A DNA stretch of 64,000 nt from Nageia nagi (GCA_050084985.1 JBITNC010000002.1:3410001-3474000), one strand, 5' to 3'. Shown: positions 38,107-51,428, counted from the stretch's first letter. A program made the numbers and translations. The notes: generated from the sequence alone by a model not told the origin.

Positions 38107-39321
38107 GGGTTAAGACAGGCCTTGTGGAATAGATATACACGACACAATTTGTCTACTCGGCAAAGCTTTTGCCCAATTTCCAGTGCTAGCTATTAATTTT
38201 AGGTTCTCTATTTTCTCACCTTAACAAACATTGGAAGTTTCAACCTGCATAGGAGTTTGGAGTTCTTGTAAGTTTATTTGGAAAACATTGTTTAATTTGC
38301 CTCAAAGTGACCGTAATGAATTGTTAATATTCTAGATTTACAGCTTTTAAGATCAAAAATAAATTTGTAATTTTGTAATTCATAAGACTTGATCATCCAT
38401 TTTTCAAAAAAACTTAGTGAGTTAATTTAGTGAGTTAATGTGGGAATTTCTTAATTATGGAGCATTATTTATTTTAATAAAAATATATATTATATTTGGT
38501 AGTTCATTTATGTAAATTTATACATTGGAATTAGATTCTTATTTGAAGGGTTTTTATCATCCATCCTAACAAAACTTTCATACTTCCTATTTTGAATGAT
38601 GTTATTTTTGTTACTTATTTATTATTTATTATTTCATATAAATTGATATATATTTAAAAAAAATTACAAATTTTTTTTTAATAAATTGCTTGAATACATC
38701 TTTGATCAAATGGAGGTATAAATGTTTCATAGTGCTCTCTTCCAATAAATGTCCCACTTTAAATTAAACCATTTAATTATAAAAATTAAAAACATATATT
38801 TTCAAACTCCAAAATTATAAGTTTGAAATAAAAAAGAATTAAAATTTTACTAATATCAAACACTCTAATTGTAATTTTTAATATGATTAATTAAATAAAA
38901 TTAAACTAAAATGTATTAATTATTTTGGTCAAAAGAGAATTACTCATTGTATTATTCCAAAATTATGGATGAAATATATAAATCTTGAAAAAGATACATA
39001 TTCACATGAAATCTTGTAAGTCAAATTATAATTAATACATCTTACTGTTATTTTTAATATTGTTGACTAACTCTAAACATATCATTTCTTTTTTGGGTGA
39101 TTTTCTAAAACATATTCTAATGTCTCTTGTTGCTCCTTAATATAGGTGGACCGTGGTGTTATCTTTTCATTTGATTTCTTACTCTTCTCACCAAATAAAT
39201 ATTAAGAGCTTTAATTACTTTTCAAGAGAAAATATATGAAACAATACAAAAATTATTTTATATTTTTTTATATATATTTTTAAATTAAAAATACTATTTA
39301 AATATATTATTCTTCTATCAA

Positions 39322-39945
39322 TAGATTAGAATTTGTATTAATGTCCTCTGATGATCAAAAAAAGGTCAAAAGGATTGTAAAGTAGGACATATATAAAGCA
39401 ACGATAGTGCCTAGTGCAACTCCATAGGAAATAATATAAGAAAAATAATAAACAAAACATAAACAAGGTCTATGAATAAGGATTTCTCCCAACATTCAAG
39501 GGTAGAAAGAAGTGAGTGATATAAGAGTCTGATGTCCTCTTAGATCGTCCATGTTGGAGTCAACAACCATAAATTCTTGTTGTATCTCTGTGATCACCTT
39601 GGTATTTCCTAGTCATGGCTTTTGGAGGCTAGAAAAATGAAGTGATAAGTCATGATCCTATTATCCTTAAGTAGTTTTTTCTAAGGTTAAATAATTATCA
39701 GATAAAAAGGGCAATGCATCTCTTGTCTTCATAATTAATCCAAGACTTTAATGTATGGGTGTCTCTAAATAAGAAATAATATCTACCTCACATCTCATAA
39801 TAGATAGGACAAGTAAAAATGAAATGCTCCTCGTATTCCTAAGGTTATGGGGCATTTGTATAAGTTATATTTTGGAGTAGTGATCAAACCATTCTCTAGT
39901 TGAAGATAAAAGTGAGAGTAATGGAGCAATTTTGGCAAAATAGGT
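39322..39945 (-). mobile_element. 3' end of a non-L1 LINE (C-terminal CCHC-type motif; RTE-X/L2-group-like)
   Basis: Minus strand translates as EEHFIFTCPIYYEM*GRYYFLFR...YEDKRCIALFI. The 3' UTR ends GACC-T7-GATC...GACATTAATACAAATTC. Confidence 0.65.
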
Positions 39946-40321
39946 TACTCTCTTTTTTTAAATTAAATAAACTAAAGTAAATATAATACACTTAAAAGAT
40001 AGAATATCATAGTAAAAAATATTTATATATTTTAAGTTCATGAATGTGGATTAATATTAAAAGATATGAATGCAATTTTTATTAAAAGGTATGAATGTAA
40101 TTAGAACTTATTAATTAGTTTGGTCAAAAGATAATTACTCATTGTATTATTCCAAAGTAACTATTGAAATATATAAATCTTGAATTATGCTATACAACCA
40201 CATGAAATCTTGTAATTCAAATGAAAATTAATACATCTTATTGTTATTTTTAAGATTGTTGACTAACTCTTAACATATCACCTCTTTTTTTATGATAACA
40301 ACAAAATATCTCTTGAGTCTT

Positions 40322-40430
40322 GTGTTAAATTTCCACCAACTATGACATATATTTTACTTCCCATACAATTGTCCCATAGACCACTCTTGGTCTCCCGTGT
40401 TCATTAATAAACTTTCTTTCTTTCTTTCTT
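40322..40430 (+). mobile_element. 5'-truncated retroposon 3' tail, same family as 4289-4354
   Basis: CCCATAGACCACTCTTGGTC...CATTAATAAACTTTCTTTCTTTCTTTC inserted in the module motif TCTTG|CTACTCCTC. Confidence 0.65.
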
Positions 40431-40796
40431 GCTACTCCTCAAAATAGGTGGTATTATCTTCTCATTTGTTTTCTTACTATTGTTCTATTGAGCAAATAAA
40501 TATTAACAACTATAATTATTTTTTACTTTATAAAAGAAAAAACTATATCAAATAGCATAAAAATATTTTTTTATAAAATTAAAAATATCCTTATGTATCA
40601 TTCTTTAATCATTATTTAAATATATTAAAATTAAATTTAGGCTTCAATGTGTATACTTCATATTAAAAATAAGAAATTTAAAAGATAGAATATCATAGTA
40701 AAAGTTATATATATTCTAAGTTCATAATTAAAAGGTTGGTATGAATGTGGATTAATTTAATATTAAATACAATTTTTGTTAATGGGTGCAAAATCT

Positions 40797-41095
40797 CCTC
40801 TCTCTGTCATACACAAAAATATTTCTTTATTTAAGATTACAAATATTTATTATATCTTCCATATTTATTATATCTTCCATTTATGTAAATATTAAAAACA
40901 TGTAATCCAATACATCTCAAGTAAAAAATATTATTGTATCAATTATATTGAATCTCTCTCTAAAAAATATTTTTTTATTTAAGATTAAAAATATTTATTA
41001 TATCTTCCATTAAAGTAAATATTCAAACATGTAATCCAACACATCTAATAAAACTTGCAAGTAAAAAATATTATCGTATCAATTATATTGAATGA
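40797..41095. repeat. About 150-bp tandem duplication
   Basis: CTCTCT...AAAAATATTT.TTTATTTAAGATTA...ACATGTAATCCAA.ACATCT...GTATCAATTATATTGAAT occurs twice. Confidence 0.8.
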
Positions 41096-41405
41096 TATAA
41101 ACTATATGAAGGAAACGTAATCAATTTGAAAGTTTGAATATGGTATTGAATATATATAAATAATTAAACAACAAAATTAATATCTTGATATCATTTAAGT
41201 GGATTAAGATATTACTAGTATCAAAAGGTATGGAAATATTATTTTAATTTTTTTTAGCTTTATAAAAATAGCATACATATTTTATTTATTTTCATAATAT
41301 ATTATTTACTTAAATCTAGAAATTATCATATTTTTTACAAGATCACGGTTCTTATCTTTTGAATAATATATATTTATGTGTGTTTAAATATCATATCAGG
41401 AAATC

Positions 41406-41500
41406 TTTATAAATTTGCCTTGTGGAATGGATATACACGATATAATTAGCCTACTCAGCAAAGCTTTTGCCCATTTCCAGTTCTAGGTATTAATTTTAGG
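41406..41500 (-). promoter_or_regulatory. Orphan copy of the PL-A/PL-B proximal promoter with no gene attached
   Basis: GCCTTGTGGAATGGATATACACGATATAATTAGCCTACTCAGCAAAGCTTTTGCCCATTTCCAGTTCTAG matches 38119-38189. A minus-strand TATAAA lies at 41406-41411. Confidence 0.75.
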
Positions 41501-44287
41501 TTTAGTGTTTTCTCACCTTAGGAAATTTCAATCATAGGACTTTGGATTTTTTTGTTAGTTTATTTGGAAAACATTGTTTAATTTTCATCAGGTTGACCGT
41601 ACTGAATTGTTAATATTCTAAATTTACACCTTTTAAGATCAGAGACTAAATTTGTAATTCATAAGAATTGATCTCATGGTCTTCAAAAGTTTTAGTGAGT
41701 TAATGTGAGGATTTCTTAATTATGAAGTGTCATTCATTATATATATATATTGGTAGTTTATTTATGTAAATTTATACATTGGAATTAGATGAGGGGTTAT
41801 TTTGAGTCAAAGTTAATCAAAGTCACATTTTATCTTATTCATGTCAGCAAAAATGTTCACACTTCTTATTATGAATGATGTTATTTTTATCAATTATTAT
41901 TTATTTATTATTTCATATAAATTAATATATTTATTATTTAAAAAATAATTAATTATAGAAAAAAAACCTAATAAATTATTTCAATACATCTTTGATCAAA
42001 TTAAAGTATTAATGCTTCATAGTGTTTTCTTCCAATAAAAGCCCCACTTTAGATTGAACCATTTAATTATAAAAATGAAAAATATATTTTCTCAATATCC
42101 AAAATTATAAGTTTAAAATAAAAAAGAGTTAAAATTTTAGATACTAAATTTGTAATCCATAAGAAATGATAATTCATGGTCCTAAAAAAATTTAGTGATT
42201 TAATGTGGGAATTTTTTAATTATAAAGTATCATTATTTAGAACAAAAATATGTATTTATATTGTTTTTTTTATTGATAATCTATTTATAAAGATTTATAC
42301 ATTGGAATTAGATTCCATTTCATTCTATCTCATTGAAGGCAAAAAAAACTTTTATACTTTTTATTATGAATGATGTTATTTTTGTCATTTATTTATTATT
42401 TATTATTTCATATAAATTAATATATATTTAAAAAGAAAATTATAGAAAAAAATTCTAATAAATTAATATAGGTATAAATATTTCATAATGCTCTCTTCCA
42501 ATAAACATCCCACTTTAGATTGAACCGTTTAATTATAAAAATGAAAAACATATATTTTTAAACTCCAAAATTATAAATTTGAAATCAAAAGGAGTTAAAA
42601 TTTCACTAATATCAAACACTGTAATTATAATTTTTAATACATATGATTAATTAAATAAAGTTAAATTAAAAAGTATTAATTATTTTGATAAAAAAAGAAC
42701 TACTTATTGTATTATTCCAAAGTTATAGATGAAATATATAAATCTTGAAAAATGCTACATGTTCCTATGAAATCTTATAAGTCAAATTATAATTAATACA
42801 TCTTATTGTTGCTTTTAAGATTGTTTACTAACTCTAACATATCACCTCCTTTTTTAGTGATAGCACTAAAACATATTATGATGTCTCTTGTTGCTCCTCA
42901 ATATAGGTGGACCGTGGTGTTATTTTTTCATTTGATTTCTTACACTTATGGCATTGATTGAATAAATATTAGGAGATTTAATTACTTTATAAAAAGAAAA
43001 AATATATCAAACAATATAAAAATTATTTTATTTTTAATATCTTTTTTAAAATTAAAAATACCATTATGTATTAATCTTATAAATGTTTAAATATATTAAA
43101 ATTAAACCTAGAAATCGATATGAATGTTTATATTTCATATTAAAATTAATATATCTTCTTTTTTAAAAATAAGCAAACTACTAGAAGTAAATATAATAGA
43201 GTATCGTAGTAAAAAGTATTTATAATCTAAGTTCATAATTAAAAGGTTGATATGAATGTGGATTAGTATGTGATTATTATTAAAAGGTATGAATGTAATT
43301 AGAACTTATTAATTAGTTTGGTAAAAAATGAATTACTAATGTATTATTCCAAAGTCATTGATGAAATATATAAATCTTGAAAAATGCTACACAAACACAT
43401 GAAATCTTGTAAGTCAAATGATAATTAATACATCTTATTTTTTATTTTTATTTTTTTTTAAATAATTGTTATAATGTCAAGATAAAAAAATTACATCATA
43501 AGCATAAAAGTTTAGATAATAACATATGACATTCTACTTTCCTATCTTCAAGAGACTTCTTCAATTCCTTAGGCAGAAAACATGAAGTTATTCAACAATA
43601 TAATGTGAAATGTTTCTTACTAATTGAGAAGTAGAGGTTGAAATACATCTTATTGTTATTTTTATGATTATTGACTAATTGTGAAACCTCTTTTTTTATG
43701 ATAGCACCAAAACATATCTTGATGTCTCTTTTTTCTCCTCAGCATAGGTGATGTTATCTTCTCATTTGTTTTCTTACTTTTTTCATATTAAGAAAATAAA
43801 TATTAAGAGTTGTAATTATTGTTTACTTTATAAAAGAAAAAATATATCAAAGAACATAAAAATAAATTTATAGTTTTTATAAAATTAAAAATATTCTTAT
43901 GTATTATTCTCTTATCAATGTTGAAAAAATAATAAAATTAAATTTAGGCTTACATCAATATTTATAATTCATATTAAAATTAATATATCTTATTTTTCAA
44001 AATGAAACAAACTATGGGAAGTAAATATAATCAATTTCAAAGATAGAATATCATAGTAAAAGGTATATATATACTATGTTCATAATTAAAAGGTTGGTAT
44101 GAATGTGAATTAATATTAAAATATATGAATGCAATTTTTATTAAGATTATTATTGGCAAGTGTTAAGGGAATCAAGAGAATAGTGGGTGTGGAATCTCTA
44201 CTCCTATTTTAAGTGATATGTTTAAAATAAATCCCTTCTTTATATATATGTGAAAAAAAAATTACTTTCTTATTATTATTAATATAT

Positions 44288-46500
44288 TTGTATCACCTTG
44301 CTCTTCATTGCAGTTGGCCTTTTATTGGTTTTATTGTATGTAGCATTACTGGTCTATGTAACCATGTTTTCCATAAAAATCATAATTTTTCTAGGCTGAT
44401 CTCTAGCTTTTATTGGTTGATCAACCTCTTCCTCTACCATATTCACCTCTTCCATGACCTCTACCACCATGATGTCTATCATGGCCTCTTGAAGAAGATT
44501 TTGAAATAGAGGAAGTAGATAGATGGTCATTCATTATTATCTTACCTTGGAATGCTTTATCAAGGTTCTATGACCTATCTCTACTTCTATGCTCATAAGT
44601 GTGCAAGCTTCCAAGTAACTCAACTAAAGTAAGTTAGGATAAGTCCTTAGAATCCTCAATGGTAATTTTGTAGGATCAAACTTTCTTGGAAGGTTTATTA
44701 ATACCTTCTCCATGATCTTAGTTTCATCTATTTCTTCATCATATGAATGAATGTCATTTACTAAATTTTGAACTTCAATTATTAACACCTCAGTGGTATC
44801 ATCATCATTCATTTTTTTAGAATTCAAAATCCTTATGTAAGAGTTTAATCTTAGTTGCTCTTACCTTAGAATATTCCTTGTAGGCACTTTAGGAATCTCT
44901 AATTCTTCCTTTAGAAATTTACATTTTGCATTCTTAGGGAAGATAAACACATTTATTTGAATCTATATGGTGAATAAGGATTTGACATCCTTCTTTTTGG
45001 TATCCAAAATATCCTTTTCTAATCAAATGAGATTAGTGCAAAGTTTTTTGCATCTACTTTTGTGCATCCCTATGAAAAAAGTATCCATAGGTCTTGAGAG
45101 GTAAAAACATTTCTCATTCAAATACTCTAATATTTTAAATGTTCATAATTGAATACAAGAATCTATAATTAGAATATGTTTCCATTTTTATGATCTATTT
45201 TAACCCAATAGAAAGATATTTTATGATACTAATTGAAGAATTTGAAGTTCTCAAGGTTTCTTATAATGATCTATTAATGAAATGAATATCCATATTTTTA
45301 GAGGCTATAAAATGACATCAACTTATATGAAATATTAATTTTTTAATATATTTGGAAATAGATCAAGACTACCTTTCCAATGAGTATTTACATGCCTCAA
45401 ATAGAGCTATCTAGGAATCCTAATTTGATGTTCTTGGGTCATAAACATAGCATTTTAAGACTTGCTCATCAAAATATGGCTTTCACATGTCAAAGAAGGA
45501 TAAATTTACATATGGAAACATTTTGAAAAATATGACCTCATAAAATCACCTTCCATGGTCCTTGAAATAAAGAAAAAAGGTGCAATTATGCACTTTTTAA
45601 ATGATTATGTCAATAAATAAGTTCTCAAGGCACAACATAAAGATAACTTCATTTTATGTAAAAAAGTTGGAAGGATGTAACTTGGTTGATTCTTTTTAAA
45701 ATATAAGAGTTTTATATACAATTGTAAATATCATGAAACTATATATTCAACGGTTTAGATTCGAGATCATTTGGAGAAGGAAGGGTAAGTCAAAAATGAG
45801 CATCAAGTAAAACACTCCATGGAGCTCACTAAGAAAGACTATGAAAATGTAGGTTAGAATATTATGCATTTTGAGTGTAATATGAAACAAAGTATGGAAT
45901 ATTATATATGCTTGGAAAGGTATTCAAGTCAACCATTTTTGAAAAATTGAATCATAACAAAAGGAACTTTAAAATAAAATTTATAGCCTCTAGAAGAAAA
46001 ATGATCCTAAAATAGGCAATTTTAGATGACTTAAAAAATATCCAAATCTATTGCTCAAAACAAAAAATAAACAAGCACCTAGTTAAAATTCCCTTAAATA
46101 CTTAAGTATCACCTTGGAATAGAATCAAAACACTTACGTAAAGATTTGTTAGTGTTTTCTCATACAAACATGTCTAAGAATAGAATCAAAGTAACACAAT
46201 CATAGAAAAGAGTTGCAAAGAAATTTTCTTTCTATATGCTATTAAAAAATGAATACCTAATTGTTACATTACAATGGATCCTCATCCATATATATATGAG
46301 AAAATAAATTGACTATTTGATAATCCAATTTTTTTATTAAAGTACATAATTCATTCAAATTAGGAAAAATATAAATGGATGTCCAATATTTATGATAAAA
46401 TGTATGGAAATCCATATCTCTACATCTAAAGAAGATCTAATGGAGATTGTAAACACCATGTCGATTAATCTTTCACTTTTTATATATTTGTTAAACCACA
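44288..46500 (-). mobile_element. Truncated Copia element (gag remnant, degenerate PBS, probable 5' LTR)
   Basis: gag ORF 44624-44827 (KIMEKVLINLPRKFDP). TATGATACTA at about 45222-45231 resembles a reverse PBS. 44288-44960 is colinear with 63329-64000. Right boundary uncertain. Confidence 0.65.
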
Positions 46501-46733
46501 TCACATTATTTTTTTGGTCAAGACTAAAAAAAAGGCCATTAATAAATTAAGGGGTTTTTTATACAAGAACCCAAAACTAAAATTTAAAAGAACTTACATT
46601 AGTTTTGATCATCAAGTAAACACCATCTCTCTCTTTTTTAATTATATTAGGGAAATCAATCAGTTCTTTACACTTTTGGATGCCTCTTCATGGGTTCAAA
46701 TCATGCTCTTCACTTCCAATATGACCTCCATTT

Positions 46734-49700
46734 TGATCCAAAATTAGATCATCTCATTTCAATATAATAAGTATTCTACATTGAAGATATATTCATGATA
46801 ATTTCATTAGTTTGAATGACACATAAATCTGATCCCATATGTGTGAGAAATGTGTTTTTAAAGTTTGGGTATATTTTTTATTAAAATATACAAAAGGAAA
46901 AAAGAAAAGTAATTTTAAGTTCCTATTTTTGTTGATTTTATTACATCACATTGTACAACTCATCATCCTCATTTCAACACTTTTTATGGTTCATAAAAGC
47001 AACTTTGTGATCAAAAGTTCTTGCATTTTGAAGTTTGAAATGTTTTTAATGAAATGGGGGGCATTTTGGAGGCCATATTGCGAGGGGGTGTTTTCCCAGC
47101 CTGTTAGCATGAGGGGCAATTTTGGAGGTCAAATAGCATGTTTAGGCTATTTCTTTGAAGATTTACAAGCCTTCAAGTGGCATAATAAGACTAGATCTGC
47201 TCTATTATTTGGTTTGTGCAAGATTTGAATGTCTTCTAAGGTGTTTGTTATTATTTTATTTATGTTTTGGCCTATTATTGGGCTAATAATATTTACAAAG
47301 TCTATATTTCCAAAGAATATATTTATTTATGTTTAGAAGCCAATTTTGGAATATTAGCTTAACCAATTGAGCTTAAATTTGAGTTGCAAGTAGATGGAAA
47401 TATTGGGTATCAGAAAATAGTGTTTGTTAGTGGTTATGGCTATTCTGGAGGATAACAGGTGGAGATGAGATTAGTTGATGGATACAACCAAAATTATCTC
47501 TATGTGATGTAATTCTAGTTAATTATCGTAACTACATTTTTTATTGGTTATTTTCTGTAAAATTATAAAAGGAAGACTAGTCAGTATTACTTTTTTTAGT
47601 CAAACTTTGCTAGTCTAGCAGAGAAAAAGGAGTGAAGAGATAGTGTGAGAAAAATAGTAAGAGTTGTAAATACTGAGATAGAGAGGAGAAATTTGTACAA
47701 CTCCAAAGAATAAAAGAGAGCTTTGGCGTAAAATATTTTATGGTGTATTTATTTTCATTATTCTTTTGTTTTACTACTGCACTTGAAAATTTATTTCTTT
47801 TCTACGTGAGATAAGAAGGTAAAATATAAATAATTTGTATGTGGTAAAATATTATTATATATCATGTTGGTATTAGATCATTTTGATTAATGGACATTTT
47901 ATAATCTTTCTTTGCAAGACTTTGTTTGGTTGCAAATTATTTTTGCATGTTTACTATATATCAAAGTAAAAGAGGTGAGGGAGAGATTATTGAAGAAGAT
48001 CTTAAGATTGAATCGAGATTTTGGTTTTGGAAACAAAGAGAAGCTAAAATAGTAGAAGAGAATCCCTCTACTACAACATAAGAAGAATTTTCAAAAAGGC
48101 TCAAGATGATCAAGGAGACATTGAGTAATCTTGTTAATACTATTGCAATTTTTTAAAACTATCAAGATGATGGAGAAAGAAAAAAAGAGAATCTATACAT
48201 TGGGGAGTATTTTTGAATAGAGAAAAGATTACCCTTGAAGCTAGAGGTGAAGTTCGAGATTAAATCTTTTGGAGGAGAGATGGATCCCGAAAAGCTTAGC
48301 CAATGGTTTAAGTAAATTGAGGCCTATTTTTGAATCTAGAAGATTGAAAGTGATGAGGATAAAATCAAAATAGCTATAATCAAATTAGAGGGACATGCTC
48401 TATTTTTTTGGGAGGATGGGTGTAAGATGTTGGGTCCACTTTAAGGCCAAAAAGTGGAAGTATTTTTCTTTATTTTCAATTTTGGGTATGATTGATCTCA
48501 AAATTTGAAACATGTAGACATGGAATCATGATAAAGATTACTAAGGTAAAAATGTAGTGCTCAAAGTCTAGTTTTAAAATATATAATTTATTTTGATACC
48601 TAGGTCATAGAATTTAAAATTTTATAGGATGAACAAAAATCACTTTTAAAAATAAAATCCATTTTTGGACCATACCATGCACATGTTTGTCCCACATAAT
48701 TTGATTAAAATGAATGTATTTTTTTAAATCCTTTTAGGAAAAGATACCTAAGACATTGGAGCTTATACTGGATATTTTTCCATAATTTTTTCATTAGTAT
48801 TTATTTTTTATTAATTTTGTATCAATCATGTTTATGGTTTTGAAAAGTGCTCATGTCCATCCAGCATAATTTGATCTAAACTTAATCTTTTTTTAATTTT
48901 TATAGAGAATTCTATGAATCCTATCCTTATATAATTTTTATTTCATAACTTCCAAAAAAACTTATTAAGAAAACAAGAGACCTTCATATTTCAAGTGTAT
49001 GGACCACTTTTATTAAAAAATAATTGGAAAATATAAAATCTTATCCAATTGTAAAAAAACATTACATATTTGAAATCTAAACTCTTTCATCTATAATGGG
49101 TTTTAATTTCATGAAATAATTCTACCAAAAAATCCATCAAATGTATGCTTGAAATCAAGATTTTCCATTAACATTAACATGAACATATACTTGTAGGTCT
49201 AAGGCTAAGTGTTGGCTCAGTAAACTTTTTTCAAGCCTAAAATCAAGGTGAAATTAGAGATTCAAATATTAAGATCCTGATAAATCAAGATCATGATAAA
49301 TGTACATATATTTAGTTTTAAATATCGAGGTCCTAATTTTTTTGACATTGAATTTTAACTTCATGATTTCCCCCCACTTCCCCTTTAAGTGGACTCAACT
49401 TATTGCTTTCACCCAAGAAGCCTATTTGGATTCCATCATAAATTTTATGGAAATACCAGTGAAAAGATGAAGTCCATTCAAAGAATTGCTTTGAGATTAG
49501 TTCTACCCCCTTAACCATTATCAAAAGCAAACCATGGAGTGGTATCCTATCAAGTAAGCAAAAGGGAAAAGTGTCCAAGAGTACACCACCAAATTCAAGA
49601 AAAGTGATACCTTTCTTAATGTACCTTTGAAAATTGATGAAAGTTTGTTGAAATATATTGGAGGTATTCATAGCTATCTTTGCTATACCATATCACTTTT

Positions 49701-51428
49701 CAAACCTATGTATTTGTATGAAGTATGTGTCCAAGCGTAATATTTAGAGGAACATGGAAGGATCCATAGAGAGGAATACCATTCTAAGTTAAAAAGAAAA
49801 GATAAAGTTGTTTCATCCTCTACAAAAGAGGGGAATAAGAAAAAGAAAAGATATTATTCTCGTTACGATAAACATGGTCATACAAGATATGGGTATTGGA
49901 AGTTGTACATCTCATTCGAGCACCTAGGTGGTTTGATCAAAGGAAGGAAAAGATAAATGCAATGGTTTCAAAATAACATGAAGAAATTCTATGAGATTGA
50001 AGATTCATCTTTTGTTGATGATAAGTTGGCTTGTGTAGAACTTAAGCTACCAAGTGTTATGAATGTCGAGGAAGTTTCTATAAACATGCAAAAAGAGGAA
50101 CTAAAGCAAAAGCAATCAATCATGTAGTTTGGCAAGATGGCAATGCCATATCCATATCCATTTGTATGTTTAATACAACAAATTTATGAAGGTTAATTTG
50201 TTAAGGAGCCATGATGGGGAACGAGGTTCCTCAATTTTACCATAGTCTCTAAGCTTTTAGGGACCAAAAGTCCTCTTAATGGGGATGAGTGATCCAAAAT
50301 CAGATCATCTCATTTTAATAAAATAATTATTCCACATCTAAGATCTATTCATGATGATTTTGCTAGTTCAAACTATGCATAAATCCAATCCTGTATGTGT
50401 GAGAAATGTATTTTCAAAATTTGGGTTTTTTTTATTAAAAATATAAAAAGTAAAAAAATAATTTTTAAATTCTTATTTTGTTTATTTTATTACATAATGT
50501 TGTAGAGTTCATCATCCTATTTTCGATACTTTTTATGGTTCATGAAACTGACTTCATGATCAAAAGTTATTACACTTTGAAGTTTGCAATTTTTTTAATG
50601 AAAGGGGGGCATTTTGGAGGCTAGATTACAAGGGGGCATTTTGAAGGCCAAATTGCGAGGGTGGTTTTGGAGGCCTATTAGCACGAAGGGGCATTTTGGA
50701 GGCCATATAGCATGTTTATGCTATTTCTTTGAAGATTTACAAGCTGTTAAGTGGCATAATAAGATTGGATCCACTCTGTTATTTGGTTTGTACAAGATTT
50801 GAATGTTTTCTAAGGTGTTTGTTATTATTTTATTATTATTTTGGCCTATTATTAGGCTGATAATATTTTCAAGTCTGTATTTCTAGAGAGTGTATTTATT
50901 TATATTTAGAAGCCAATTCTGGAAGATTAGCTCAACCAATTGAGCCTAGATTTGACTTGCAAGTAGATGGGAATATTAGGTATCTAAAAATAGTGTTTGT
51001 TAGTGTTTATGACTATTTTGGAGGATACTAGGTGGAGATAAGATTAGTTTATGGACATAAAGAAAATTATCTTTACATGATGTAATACCAGTTAACTGTT
51101 GTAACTACATTTTTTTGTTGGCTAGCTTCCTTAAGATTATATAAGGAAGACTAGTTAGTATTATTTTTTTAGTCAAACTTTACTAGTATATAGGAGGAAA
51201 AGGAGTGAAGAGACAGTATGAGAAAAGTACTAAGTGTTGTAAATAGTAAGATAAAGAGGAGAAATTTGTACAACTCCATAGAATAAAAGAGAGCTTTGAG
51301 GTAAAATCTTTTGTGGCGTATTTATTTTCCTTGTTCTTTTATTTTGCTAGAAATTTATTTATCTTCTACATGAGATAACAAGGCAAAATTTAAACAATTT
51401 GTATGTGGTAAAATATTATTACAGATCA
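46734..51428 (+). mobile_element. Non-autonomous Ty3/Gypsy element (gag only); LTRs 46734-47864 and 50290-51428
   Basis: About 1.13-kb TG...CA LTRs. TSD CATTT/TATTT. PBS-like TGGTATTAGA at 47868. PPT GGGGATGAG. gag remnant KLEVKFEIKSFGGEMDPEKLSQWFK...KLEGHALFFW. No recognisable RT. Confidence 0.9.
48414..49414. mobile_element. MITE copy 3 (Sola2-like), inserted in Gypsy gag
   Basis: Starts GGATGGGTGTAAGATGTTGGGTCCACTT and ends AAGTGGACTCAACTTATTGCTTTCACCC. Flanks GGGA/AAGA, consistent with a 4-bp TSD decayed by G>A. Confidence 0.85.

Larger units (their letters stand above)
38200..44150 (-). repeat. Array of the same AT-rich modules upstream of PL-B (inverted relative to 3611-8902)
   Basis: Reverse-complement motifs GTCTCTTGTTGCTCCTCAATAT (39122, 42884, 43724), TCTTCCAATAAA..CCCACTTT (38738, 42028, 42495) and ATTAATACATCTTATT (39031, 40227, 42792, 43424). 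Confidence 0.85.

Noticed and set aside
38158-38190. Hairpin GGCAAAGCTTTTGCC followed 12 nt later by CTAG, like a Helitron 3' end that might have carried the gene
   Set aside because: CTAG is followed by C or G rather than T, no matching TC 5' end or AT target was found, and paralogy continues past this point.
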